From positions 91,638,001-91,702,000 of the forward strand of contig NC_045696.1 of NCBI RefSeq assembly GCF_009834535.1: a stretch of DNA of 64,000 bases. Reading direction: 5' to 3'. Origin of the DNA: Camelus ferus. Its lineage: Eukaryota. The notes under the pieces were generated by a model. It was not told the origin of the DNA, made no database searches, and saw only the letters and a program-made list of their open reading frames with translations. Position numbers and translations under genes: made by a program. Each line of letters begins with the position of its first letter. Within the stretch, counting starts at the first letter, position 1. Below, in pieces: positions 1 through 11,476 of this stretch.

Positions 1-169
1 TCAATTTAGAAATCCCATCAGTGGGAAGATCACACGCATTCACCTAACATGTAGGCAGGACTCCCTTCAGCCCCAAAGCAGAAAGGCATCCAGAGGTGTC
101 TTGGGTCAGGCACACTGTGGTCTCAAGGGTGCAGCATTTTCTGGAGCTTATCTCATGCCCTGAATTGAT

Positions 170-340
170 CCTCTCCTGATTAGCTTTGAGATCTTGGCCA
201 AATCTCTCAGCCTCTCTGAACCTCAATTTCCTAATACGGAAAGCCGGGCAAGTAATCCCCACCTCACAGGAGTAAAATGATTTGACATATGCAAGAAGGC
301 CAGGGGCTGGCACGCAGAGATGTTTATGAAATGGTGAGCT
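170..340 (+). mobile_element. MIR SINE fragment (approximate bounds)
   Basis: MIR core-like 'gatcttggccaaatctctcagcctctctgaacctcaatttcctaatacggaaa...cccacctcacagga...ggctggcacgcag'. Confidence 0.7.
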
Positions 341-1084
341 TTTCTGGCCTGGGTGAGAACCCATGTACACTCTAAGTTCCACCCCAGAGAGGAAAGATCT
401 GGAAGAAGGCTTCCAGCGCACTTGCCCGAATGTTCACTTCTCACGTGTGGGAAGAAGCCTGTCTTTGTGTCACTTCCCTGCACTGTGGGTATCAGACTCC
501 CTGCTCAGCAACCCAGCACCTCTGATGGCTTGTCCACTGCCCTCCTGGGCCCCCTGGGCCTCTGTGACACACACAGCTGCCCACCTGCCCCTCCACTGGC
601 AGACCCTCCACGCGGGTCAGTGCTGTGCTCACTGGCACCATGTGACATTCTCAGTTCTGCCCATCATCCGGTCTGCCTACTGAGGAGGAGGAGAGGACAC
701 GGGCTGGAGCTTGGGGTGGGGGTGCTCACGGGGGGGAAGCCTCCAGAAGCCCAACAACCTTTCATCCCAGGCCCAATGCCAGGAAGCTGAGTCTAAAAGG
801 AAACCCTCAGGGGAGGGGGCCTGGGAAGAGGCGTGCATGGGGCGTGGAGGACTATCTGGAATGTCCAAGGCTCTTCAGGAATCTCTGTCAGATGAGAAAG
901 GAAAAGGAAAGCGGGTAACCAGATCAAAGGGCACGAGTGTTCAGCTGATTATTCACCATGACTAAAGGATGACCGTTGACTGGATTGCTAATTCCACAGG
1001 TATGGAGGGGAAGGGCTTGTTGGCTTTTTTTTCCTCCCCACCATGCAGGGCAGGGAGTCATTCAACTCCTAGCACTTACATGGT

Positions 1085-1265
1085 GAGAAGGGCGAGGGGT
1101 CTGAAGCCAGGATTCCTGGATTCGAGCTATGGTTCCACTAGCATGTGACCTTTTAGACCCCAAATTCTTCATGTGAAAATAAGGGCACTGGGGGGCTGCA
1201 GTGAGCAGTCTGTGAGAACATGTCCCACGAACAGGGAGCCCAGCAGTTAGTGCTCACTTGTTACT
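1085..1265 (+). mobile_element. Degenerate MIR SINE
   Basis: 'ggggtctgaagccaggattcctggattcgagctatggttccactagcatgtgacctt...ttcttcatgtgaaaataaggg' resembles MIR head and core. Confidence 0.55.
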
Positions 1266-1585
1266 GTTAATGTGCAGGAGCCCTGATTTCTCTCCAGGCC
1301 ATCAGTGTCAGCAAGGAGGGAGGGGGCTCTTCATCAAGGCGTTTTGTAATCTTTGGAGGTTTTAAAAGGCTTTTTAAAGCCTGAAGTAAAGCTGCCCAGT
1401 TGCTTTGGTTTCTCCATCTGATCGCTTATCATTTGGGGGGGAAATATGGGCCCTTCTGGGGGAAGCCTTCACGAGTGGCCACCATCAGTCCCCAGGGAGG
1501 CCTCCCCGCAGGATTGGAGGAGCAGCCAGCCGTCTCGTAGCCGCCTGAGGAAGGCAGGCTGCGACATGCCTCCCACCTGGGGTCC

Positions 1586-1765
1586 AGGGCTGCCTTATTC
1601 ACTTTTACCTTCGTGGGCCACTTCCGCCACTAAAAAATATTTCAAAATATATTTTACGACTGCATTGGTATAAAAATAGATCTAATTCAGGCTGGGTTTA
1701 TTATGACATTCATCCTTAATAATTTTTCCTACATTTTAAGAGAATTGACATTTAATTGGAAAGAA
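1586..1765 (+). mobile_element. hAT-Tip100-type non-autonomous DNA transposon fragment (ORSL-like)
   Basis: 'cagggctgcc...cttcgtgggcc...aaaaaatatt...atattttacgactgcattggtataaaaat...caggctggg' matches my recollection of the ORSL consensus; family assignment from memory. Confidence 0.5.
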
Positions 1766-1785
1766 ATAAATTATGAGGAGCGATT

Positions 1786-1804
1786 TGGCCACTAGGGGGC
1801 AGCA
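1786..1804 (+). promoter_or_regulatory. Strong CTCF motif
   Basis: TGGCCACTAGGGGGCAGCA fits the core CCASYAGRKGGCRS. Confidence 0.7.
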
Positions 1805-1819
1805 CGAGCTCACCAGATG

Positions 1820-2700
1820 CTTAAGGGACCTGGGGTGGCGGGTAAATCGTGGGGAAGGACCCAGCAAAGACTCCCACCCCTTGACTCACAAAGGCCTTTT
1901 GCTTCTCCCAGCGTTTCCTCGGAGAGGGCTGTGTTAGCGCCTCACACCCTCAGCCCCAGGAAGCAGGCGGGCGGTGTGAGAGTTACGGCCCCACTCGGGG
2001 CAGGGAGGCTCTCCCTGGGAGGTGCAGGGTTGCGCGGGGTCACAGGGTGTCAGAGGCGGGGCGGATCAGAATTTCCTGGCTCCTCCTACGAGACTCTCCC
2101 CGGGAGCCTCCGCGGGGCTGGGTGCTCTGAAAACCTACGGCACTGGTGATGTTAGCGGCCGGCTGGCCCAGCCCTACCCCTAATCCCAACACTCACTGGG
2201 GAGCAGCAGCCCCCCTTCCCATCCAGGCTCGGGGAAGGGTGGAGCGGGGACCCTGCATTGCGACCCGGGCCCTGCCCCCAACGTGCCTTTGTTCACTCCC
2301 TCTGCCCTTGCCCGACACCAGCAGGTGGGGGATGTTCACTCCTCTCCCCAGAAGTGAACGCAGACATCAAAGGCACACAAAAAGCGTTCGCTGTGCAAAG
2401 GGTACAGGAAGAACTCAGTGCGGCTCGGGAGGGCTGGGGGCCTGAGCCAGGAGGTACAGCAAAAAAGAAAAGAGCAGAAACAAAACCAAACAGAACAGCA
2501 GGCAGAAGATGATCCGATCTCCAGGCGCTTTTCTACCTCCCAAGGGGAACACCCAGCACGTGGCGGCGGGAACAATGGGCCTTTCTCCCCTCTGGCAGCT
2601 GAGCACACACCCGGGAGCAAGGGAGACCCTCTCCAGGAGGTTCCCTCTGTGGAGGGCCTGGACTACGGGAAACTAGTTTACAACACACATAATTTGTGTT
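1820..2700. promoter_or_regulatory. CpG/GC-rich regulatory region (weak CpG island)
   Basis: Visibly more CpG than the flanks; GC box GGGGCGG near 2058. Confidence 0.45.
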
Positions 2701-4017
2701 GTTTCCTTCTGCACACGTGAGAGTAGTGCCTAACCCAGTGAGATACATAAACGCTTTTCCTTGCTGGATAAGCAAAAAAAAGATCGCTCATTTTTTAGAG
2801 TAAACAGGAGATGCCGGGTGACTCTGAAATGGATGTGGCAAAGGGCAACCCTGCTCTCTTTCAGAGAGCACCTGCGTGGTTCACAGGAGCCAAGAAGGTT
2901 CTGGAACCCTGGCAAAGTGTGGCTAGGGGGACAAGACCTTACACAGAGGCCCTGGAGAGGTGGAATGGGTGGGAGGGTAGGGGTTCTGGGTGCTCCAGAG
3001 GCTCTGGGGACAGAGGTGACAGCCACCCACTGAGCAGCACCAATGCCTGCCCTCAGGGTTACCACCATCTAGGCAGACGCCTCTCCCGCTCACACACACA
3101 GCGACCCCAGCGCTGGTCTGGTCAGACAGGCCCAACTAGGAAGGAGAATGCTAGGCCTGTCACTGGGATGAAGAGTAAGTCACAGTTCAGTGTCCGGTCT
3201 CCACGTCACACCTCTGACCACACCCCCAACACCAGGGGATCTGCATGCAGAGGTGACCATCTGGTCTAGTGGGAGGAGCAGGACTCACAGACCCGCTCAG
3301 GGAAGGACAGGGGCCCTCGGCAGAAAGCCTGGGCATTCCTGAGGCGCTGGATCAGGAGCTTCCTGGGAGGAGGACAGTCATGGTGGTCTCCAGCCACAGG
3401 AAAAGGCTAATCCAAGGAAGGCTTGCTTTTGGGGGCAGCCGTGGTCTTCCCGAGGCTGAGCCAGACACGCCGTATTCAGGAATCTGTGATAGAGGACTTC
3501 TGGGATGATCTACTCTGATTCTCTCGTATCACCACAGGAAGGGACTTAGGAGGAAATATAGCTAAGCTCCAGTGTGGCCCAAAGGGATGGTATGACTTGC
3601 AGAACGCCCCACAGATGCTCAGAGGACAGGAACAGAAAGCCCTGGTTTCCTGATGTACGCCCAGAGTCCTTGCTGGTAGATGGCACTACTTTGAAAATGG
3701 AGCGTATGGGTGCCCTAGAGGAGTCCTGAGAAGCTGGGGTGTCTCCCTGAAGCCCATGGGGCTGAGAGTGCAAAGGGAACCTTAATTTTTAGGCCAAAGA
3801 GACAGGTAGGCCACTAAAACAGTGCAATTTATGGGAGTAGCTAGAAAGCCAAAGCACACACCAGCTCGAGATCACATGACAGCGAAGGACATGGGTGAGA
3901 GGGTGTCCAAGGGTCCTTCCATCTCCAGTGTTCAGAGAACTGCTGTCCTAAGTGAGGCCCCAGGAGATCAGAGGGCGCCCGTGTGCTGACTTGCGAGCAG
4001 CAGACCTGGGAGGGCCG

Positions 4018-4102
4018 TGACTCACCCCGCAGGGCTGCCCTGGACCACTAGGGCCGTTCTGAGTCAGCAGCCATCTCTGAGGCCTTTGATGGTGACTCAG
4101 CA
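4018..4102. promoter_or_regulatory. AP-1/ARE and TCF/LEF motif cluster (candidate enhancer)
   Basis: TGACTCA 4018-4024; TGAGTCAGCA 4060-4069; CCTTTGAT 4083-4090; GTGACTCAGCA 4092-4102. Confidence 0.5.
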
Positions 4103-4579
4103 GAAAGACAGAGCAACGCACTGCCTCCCCTTGGAGAGGCCCCTCAGCTGGAACCTCCCGCCTGTGCCTTGCACTCCTTCCTCTGCCTCTGGGAAAGCAG
4201 AGGGCCTCCTGCTTTCTCCCAGGCCCACCGTGTGGGCTGTCAGAGCCTCCCCCGCCCAGGGTGGGGCTGCGGGGCTGGCAGCACGCACTGGAACAACACC
4301 AGTTTGGTTTCTCAGGTTAAGCAACCTGCCTTCTTCAAATGCTTATTTTGCCAAAGAGGAGAGGAGCACAGGGTTTAGATCTGGAAGACACTTCAGGGAA
4401 CAGCCAATTCTATAATTTCCTGAGTGAAGAAACTGAAGCATGGATAGATTATGTGCTGTCCCCAAGATTACACAGTCTCTTTCCTCAAGCTACCGGTTTG
4501 CTTGGCTAACCAGCAGGCAGGGGCGAGCGGGTCCTCTGAGGAATGAGCCACAGCCCAGCTCAGGTACCTGGGCCTTTCC

Positions 4580-5044
4580 TGTGACAGGCAGAGCAGTGAC
4601 CCCAGCCGCACTCCCTGGATGTCCACTCTACGATCCCTGGGACCTGTGACTGTATCACTTTACGTGGTAAAAGGACTCTGCAGGTATGATTAAGTTGAAC
4701 AGATCTTGAAGTGAAAGATTATTTTGGATTACCTGGGTGTTAAACCCACAGTCACGAGGATCCTTGTAAGTGAGCGGTGGAGTCAGAGAGAGGTTGGAAG
4801 AGGCCCTGCTGCTGGCTTTGAAGGTGGGGGAAGGGGCTTCAGTCCAAGGCGTCCAGGCGCTAGAAGCTGGGAATCTAAGGAGACAGAATCCCCCTTGGCG
4901 CCTCCAGGGGGAATCAGCCCTGTCTGCACCTTGATTTTAGCTCAGCGAAGCCCATTTTGGACTTCTGACCTCCTGAGCCATAAAATGTAAGTTTGTGTCT
5001 CTATTTGCGGTAATGTGTTACAGCAGCAATGGGTGACTAACACA
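4580..5044 (+). mobile_element. Solo MaLR LTR, MLT1D-like
   Basis: TG...CA ends; 'gatgtccac...ggacctgtgac...ggtaaaaggactctgcaggtatgattaagtt...gattattttggattac' and 3' 'tgttacagcagcaatgggtgactaacaca'. Confidence 0.85.
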
Positions 5045-6122
5045 TGTCTCCTGAGCCCTCCATCCCACTGCTATTTAATTGGTGGTTTTAAAAAATAAGT
5101 TTGAAAACAAATTTGCCACCCCTTCATTTCTACTTAATGATATAAAAACTAAATAATTTGGAAAATTACGGTAAAAATACCAAGCCCCTTTCATTCAATA
5201 ATGAATGGTACATCCTTGATCAAGCTGGACTCAGCTGGATACAAAAAATAAACAACTTAATTTTCCTTTCGTCATTATCCTTTTAAGCCCCCTCTGTTGA
5301 ATTATTCTTCAGCTTTTGGGGGTGAAACGCTGGGCGTATCCTAAAGCTTTTCTGGTCACTTTCAGGTATTAAGAAACATCTCATTTTTAGGAATGGGAAG
5401 TCCAGTGTCACAGCCAAGCTTTAATCTCTCATTTAATATAAAGCTTTTTCCCATCTGAAGCCTGCGGAAGCACCCAGGGGCACTCGGGAGAAAGGAGGCT
5501 ACCCTCTGGACTAGTTCCCCACCTGATTCTTCCATGCTCCGCCGCTCACTTTGCTGGCTGTGGCTCCTTCAAGGTGGGGATGAGAGGGGCAGGTTGGCTT
5601 CACGGACTCATGTGGCAGATGTGCAAATGATTGCTCTTTGCTCAGGGAGCATTTTGAAGACCTCCAACCACATGGTTCTCCAGCCAAGGGTCTCACCCAC
5701 TGGCTGCCTCCTAACAACTCTTCCCTCAGTCCCTCTACCCACTGCACCCCCGAAAAGAACCCAACTTTATGTCAGGAGCACAGCACCCCATCTTCTTGGG
5801 TGGGTCTCCTTCCAAGTCTCCACTGGACCCACAGTGAACACACCGCCTTGCTTCACCCAGCACTGCAGTTGCAGGCCACCCTCTTGGGCCCTGCCTCTCC
5901 ACTGTCCTGTCCCCGGCAGCTCCAGCCCTCACCTGGGGTCTCACCTGGAGATTTCTCCAGGTCAGTTTCAGTGTTCTGAGCCATCCTAGACCAATTTGGC
6001 CAGGCACGACCACTGGGTTGTTTGTGGGAGGTGACAGGAGCTACCAATGTGTAGAGGTAGGTGAGGGTTATTTCTTCATAACTCTGCTATCAGGTTACCA
6101 TGAAAGCACTTTGTCTTTGCAG

Positions 6123-6161
6123 AAAAGATTCACTTATGGGAAACATCATGGTATTCGAGAG
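6123..6161 (+). other. Candidate 39-nt micro-exon
   Basis: Acceptor 'ctttgtctttgcag' and donor GAG|GTAAGA; length divisible by 3; no stop in any frame. Confidence 0.3.
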
Positions 6162-8282
6162 GTAAGATTCATATCAACTAGAGGTTTAGCAACAGACCAC
6201 CAGATTCCTTCAAACCAGGTGGTAGCTCCAGGGCCATGGAGGAATTGAGCCTCCGGTACCTGTCAGGGCACAGGCTACAGGCCCCCACGTCTACACTCAG
6301 TTCACGCGAGTGTGAGGAGAGTTGCAGATATTGGGCCAAGTCACAAAACTTGAATCCTATTCATTTCACACACATACAAATCCATTTTATGCATTCATTA
6401 TGCTAGTTAGCAAAGCCTCGGATGGTGCCCAAAGAGAGAGAACTGTATCCAGTGGGGGCTGCCTCTGGAGTGTGGGTCAGAGGACAGCTTAACACACAAG
6501 CGTCACCCTGCCTATGCTGAAGCCTTTCTTTCAATTTATATCACAGACACGAAGTCAGGCTCCAGTCCCCCTGAACTCCTGAGGACACAGGTCAAGCCCT
6601 CCCACCTCTGTCTCAGTCCTGTGACAGCATGGGGCCGAACAGGTTCCACCGCTCTGCTTGTCAGCCCCTCCTCCTGGGAGGCACCCCACCTCTTCCCCGT
6701 GGTTCTCTGGAAGCTCCCTCCACTTGGCTTGAGATGGAGACTCCTCTTCTCAGCGTACTGACAACTCACCACTCTCGTCCTCCTCATCAACCCTCTCCCC
6801 TCCTCCCTGCACCCTGAGGTGACGGGCTCGGGGGCCCTGGGCCCCATTTTATGGGTTGCTGCTTAGCAAGTTCTGTGTGGATGGTTTTGCTGCCCTCCAC
6901 AGAATGTGGAGTGGCTGATAATCCCTCCGTTCTTAGCTTTGAGGGGTTGGCTGAAATTCTGCAGCAAGAGAAAAAGCTACCCCCGACCTCACCCCCCCAC
7001 CCCTTAACATCCTGCTACAGAGCAACAGAACTGGTCACGTTCTCCTTTTCGCCCCAACTGCTAAGGCTGGCTTTAATACTGCCTGCAGTAGCTTCTCCTA
7101 GGCCTAGATTTTGGAAACCCCTGGATCCGTCTATCGCCCCGCCCCACCCACCTCCTAACTCATTCACGACGGCTCCCTTCCCCTCTCTTCCCCACGCTCT
7201 GCTGTTGTTCTTGTGCCCTTGCTTTCACGATTCTGTCACTCGCTCATTTGCAAAGCTGAGGCAAAGTTATCTAGAAGTAAATGAATCCTTAAAAAAAATT
7301 ATAAAGTTTTACTGTAAGTTTCCCAGCGGATGTTTCCACAAGGCACCAGGCAAGCATGAGTGTTTTTCCTATGAGAAGTTACAGCCTCAAAGACACACAG
7401 GTAGCATTTGCTCCACTAGAAGTGACAACAGCCTTTCTCTTTAATCAGACAATGAAAGATAAATTGTACGACACTGGAGAGACATTTGATCGCAAGTTCT
7501 GCAGAATCTGGACAAACATTAAGGGCAAGTGTTTAACACAAACATTTCTTATTTTCAAAAGACTGATGATGGCTAAAGGAGCAGGAATAAGACACAGGTG
7601 CTGAGAATGTGAGTGCTCTGGGAGTCACTCTACAAGGCAAAGAGGGAAACATATCCCTGCTTCTGAGAGTGTCAGAGCATCAGGTCAGGGGTCAGAACAG
7701 TTATGCAGTCACTAGAAGGGACAGTCTCTGGCCTACAAGATCCAACTAAAACCTTCTGAAGTCTATTAACACAACAAGACTGATAATGGGAGAAGAGACA
7801 AGATGGAGGGAACAGAGAAAAGGGAGAGTAACTAAGGCAAAGGCTAGCAGTACCCACCCTACAGTGTCCAGGAGAGGGGAGGGAGTTTAGAGTCTGCAGG
7901 CCGATGGCAGGGCTACTCTGAGTGAAGAGATGAATGGAAGGGCTGTAGCCAGTGGACTCTGAGTAACACAGGTTCAGAGGAATTCAGTATTTTTGGTTCA
8001 TGGTGTCATGATCCCCATCATAAAATGTACAGATCGGGCTATATTAGCTTGTCGTCCTTTGACATTTAATAGAGAGACTTCTTGGGGGGGGGGCTTGGTT
8101 TTCCTTGGAGCTGGGAGAGGATGAGCTGATCGAATCACAGCGTATTAGGGCTCTAGAGAGACTAGTGTACTAGTGCTTCACTGCTCTGTGTAAACGAATT
8201 GAACAGATCCTCTAGGTCAGCCTCGGTCTCCAGGCCTTTTATTTAGAAGGAGGTGGTCTCAGGGCACTACCTTCCCTTAGAG

Positions 8283-8598
8283 CAGTGGCTCTGACTCTCC
8301 TGGACAGATCTGTTTTGCTGAGCTCTACTCCCCAAGAATCTGATTCGGGGGAGAGTAACAGCCCAGTGGTAGAGTGCCTGCTTAGCATGCTAAAAGACTT
8401 GGGTTCAATCCCCAGACCTCCATCAAAATAAATAAATAAACCTAATTACCCCCGCCCAAATAATAAATAAATTGAAAAAAAAAAAAAAAAAGAATCTGAT
8501 TCGATAGGTCCAGAGTGGGGCCTGGGAATTTGTGTTTTCAACAAGCAAGCACCGAGATTATACTGAGCTGCAGGTCCAGGAGCCACTTTGAGAACCAC
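8283..8598 (-). mobile_element. MER5A (hAT-Charlie MITE) interrupted by a SINE
   Basis: Terminal 'cagtgg' and 'ctttgagaaccac'; internal 'ctgattc|gataggtccagagtggggcctgggaatttgtgttttcaacaag'. Confidence 0.75.
8347..8489 (+). mobile_element. tRNA-Ala-derived SINE (camelid Vic-1 type) with target-site duplication
   Basis: tRNA-like head 'cagtggtagagtgcctgcttagcatgc...gggttcaatccc'; A-rich tail; TSD AAGAATCTGATTC at 8334-8346 and 8490-8502. Confidence 0.9.
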
Positions 8599-8599
8599 C

Positions 8600-8715
8600 A
8601 AGAATGCTCTTCCCCCACTCCTAGGCTATTCCCCAGATCCACTGAATCAGAATTTCTAGGAGAGGGAAACACAGGCATCAATATTTTTAAAACTCCCTGG
8701 GCAGTTCCAAAGATG
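8600..8715 (+). mobile_element. MER5-family fragment
   Basis: 'cccagatccactgaatcagaatttctagg...caggcatcaatatttttaaaactccc'. Confidence 0.55.
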
Positions 8716-8834
8716 ACCCCACTAGCAGGCCTGCCATTCCAAGCGAATGGTTTCTCAGTGAAAGGCAGACATAAAAACACCATCATTTGGGCAAGACAGC
8801 AGCAATAAAATAACACGGGGGGTATAAGTGAAGA

Positions 8835-9020
8835 ATGATAGTTAACACCTGCTGAAGGCCTACGTGCCAGGATTGACTAATTTGCTTCTCACAACAACTC
8901 TACCCATTTTGTAGACGTACGAAGCAGGCACCTGGGGAGGTTAAGTAATTTGTCCGAGGTCATGCACCTGGTGACAAGGCTGGGCTTTGAACCCTGGCAT
9001 CCTGGTCTCAGAGCCCCTGC
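8835..9020 (-). mobile_element. MIR SINE
   Basis: 'cccattttgtagac...gaggttaagtaatttgtccgaggtcatgc...gggctttgaaccc' is a reverse MIR core. Confidence 0.7.
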
Positions 9021-9139
9021 CTGAGGCCTGCACAATAGGGTGCCGGGTCCTCCCAATCCGTGGTGGTGTATTAACAGCCTGGCGTTCTATGAACAGAATT
9101 CACAGTGAACATGGAAGAATCCCCATCATCTATCAAACT

Positions 9140-9338
9140 AGGTTAGAATCCAAGATTCAGCACTTCATAGTGACATAACTTGAACAAGTCCTCTAGCCCT
9201 TCTGAGCCTGTTTTCTCAGCTGGAAGGTGGGTATAAATGTGCTGACCTCAGAGGCCTGCAGGGAAGGTTGAAAACATCTGCCAGGTCCTGGATCCAGACA
9301 GTGCTTGGCACACAGCTGAGGTCTGAGAAATGTTCGCT
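9140..9338 (+). mobile_element. MIR SINE
   Basis: 'ttgaacaagtcctctagcccttctgagcctgttttctcagctgg...cagtgcttggcacacag'. Confidence 0.65.
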
Positions 9339-9425
9339 CTCTTCCTCCTAATCAGCCTTTCCTCTGACCCCCAGGAGAGTTTTCCCCAGTTGCTTCCTGA
9401 GTAACTTTGCAAATACTTGCCTCAC

Positions 9426-9567
9426 CATGGGCAGATACCTCTGAACAAATACACGAGGGAAATGAGAAAGTTCTCCTGCGGTACAGAAGGAAGCACTGAA
9501 GTCAGGCTTTCCCGCACAATGAGTTGAGCACTCAGGACACTTGAATTAAGGAAATCCGTGCTCCTGC
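9426..9567 (-). ncRNA. Candidate exon of a minus-strand spliced transcript (lncRNA or microprotein mRNA)
   Basis: Minus strand: acceptor 'catttcttgttttcctcag|GCAGG'; donor ATG|GTGAGG (alternative GAG|GTATCT ending at 9439). Confidence 0.45.
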
Positions 9568-10087
9568 CTGAGGAAAACAAGAAATGACTCAGAAGCTGTG
9601 GTGTCCCAGCATATCCCAGAGCAGCAGCTCTGCACCCAGGGGCCCACGCTGGGGGTGCTGGGTGGGGCCCCCACAGCTGCAAGGTGTGCTGCTGCCAGTC
9701 AGTTGTTACTAATAAAAAAGTACTGAAGCTTGTGAGTGACTCACTTGAAACAGTAACACATTTGACTGGCTCCACTTTCTTGAGGGGAGAGAGGAGAGCT
9801 GCGCCAAGCTCGCTGGGATCCTACACATTACAAAATTCCGGGTAGGCCTTTGGGAGTCTTGAAAGTGAATGTCATCCAAAGAGACGACAAAACTAAAAAC
9901 GATGGCAGGCAGATTGAAAGAACATTCTGAGGCAATCTAGAAAAAAATTTATATCCTCACTTCTGTCAAGTTTTGAGGGGGATCATAAAAGAAGATGGAG
10001 GTACCTTAAACAAAGATGGTATAAGTAACTCAGAGAAAGAAAAAGAACAGGTTTAACGATGAACAATTTGATGTGTACGCAAGATAC

Positions 10088-10195
10088 CTGAAAGGCAGTG
10101 TGTAGAAGAAAGAGAAGTACCATTTTGTGCTTCTGTCTGGGCAAAAGATGTTGAGGTGAAAAGCATTTGTGTGAATTCCAAATAGATTTTCAAAC
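10088..10195 (-). ncRNA. Candidate 108-nt exon of the same minus-strand transcript
   Basis: Minus strand: acceptor 'gttttgtttttctag|GTTTG'; donor CAG|GTATCT; lies just downstream of the 10.7-11.0 kb CpG island. Confidence 0.45.
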
Positions 10196-10679
10196 CTAGA
10201 AAAACAAAACCTCCATTGTGGATTAAGTCCTTCCTGTTTTGAACAAAAGCTGGAATAGCTTGCTTTGGTTTCTGAAGTTAACAACAGCAGAAAGGGGACC
10301 TGTTTTGAATCTGAAAGAAGCAGGGTGAGACAAGTTAAGAATCACCTTAGTTTTCCTAAGCGTATTAGCTTCTTAAAGGTAAAGGTTTTTGAAATGGTCA
10401 CTGAATTGTGGCCCAGGACATCGTTCATTGTAAAACTTGGCCTAAGGTACGTTCAGAGCTGAGGGCAGGGGTCCTGGGGTTCAGCCCAAGTCACCAGCTT
10501 CCCCGGGGCCCCCCAGGACCCCCCCCCCCCATCACCTGGAAGGCCCTCCACCAGCCAGGCTGCCACCTGCAAACTTCCCGCTGTTGGTCGATTGCTGAGC
10601 AAACACAGGTCGTTTGCAAAAAGTACAAGGTTCAATTTGACAGGCAGGGAAAACCAGGCACAGGAGCACAGGCATGCAG

Positions 10680-11070
10680 GGACCACGAGGGTTGGAGGCC
10701 GGGACGAGGCCCTCCTGGCTCCCGCCTTCGTTGGGGCCCCCGGGCCCCCGGCCGCCAACTCCCCCCCTCTCCCCGCCCCGGCCGGTGTCGGGCGGCAGAT
10801 TACGCCCGCGGGGCCTACCTTGCTTCCGCCAGGCTGATAACCTCCAAAGTCCTGGCGGGCAGGGGGGCCCTCGCCTCGCACAGAGCCGTGGCCGAGCCTC
10901 CACCTTCCCCGGCCCGTCTCCCCCGGTGCCCGGCTCTGCTCCCCGCCCGCGGCGCAGGGCTGCGGGGATGCTCCCAACAGGGCGGCCTTGATCGTCAGTA
11001 AGTCAGCTCACCTGTGAGCCCCGTGACCTTCCCTACGGCGTCCTAGATTAAAGGCCAGGGGTTTTCCCTT
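10680..11070. promoter_or_regulatory. CpG island, probable promoter of the minus-strand transcript
   Basis: Very CpG-dense with GC boxes (ccccgcccc near 10770); minus-strand donors AAG|GTAGGC (exon end 10819) and CAG|GTGAGC (exon end 11012); NF-kB-like GGGGTTTTCC at 11058-11067. Confidence 0.75.
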
Positions 11071-11476
11071 ATATTGACTCTAATTTTAAATGCATCTTCT
11101 CTTCCCACACCTAGAAGACTCACTTGGCCTGGGATTTCATATTTCTTCTCCCCTGTTTCCAAGTCCTCTGTGTACACGGGCCTAGGGGCCAAGGACCAGG
11201 CATGAAACTTCTCTGGACAGGGAGAACCACTTTTATATTCTCCTCTTCAGACATTTAGGATTGGATTGATGGTGAAAACGATTTTAGGTATTTTAGCCTT
11301 TGCCTGAGAGTATTTTTCTTCTTTTTTCTTTTTTTCTATAAAAATAAGTACATAGTTGAGATGACTCATCTACATGTAATTTGACTCATAGATTAACTGC
11401 ATGTAATTTGGTGCCCTGCATTTTTCATTCAGCATCGTAAGTGTTAATATTTTTCTACCTCATTAGAAGTCTGTAA

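Noticed and set aside
8347..8425. tRNA-Ala(AGC)-like sequences here and at 11477, 12531 and 26371
   Set aside because: They have broken stems and A-rich tails, and two have clear TSDs, so they are SINE heads rather than tRNA genes.
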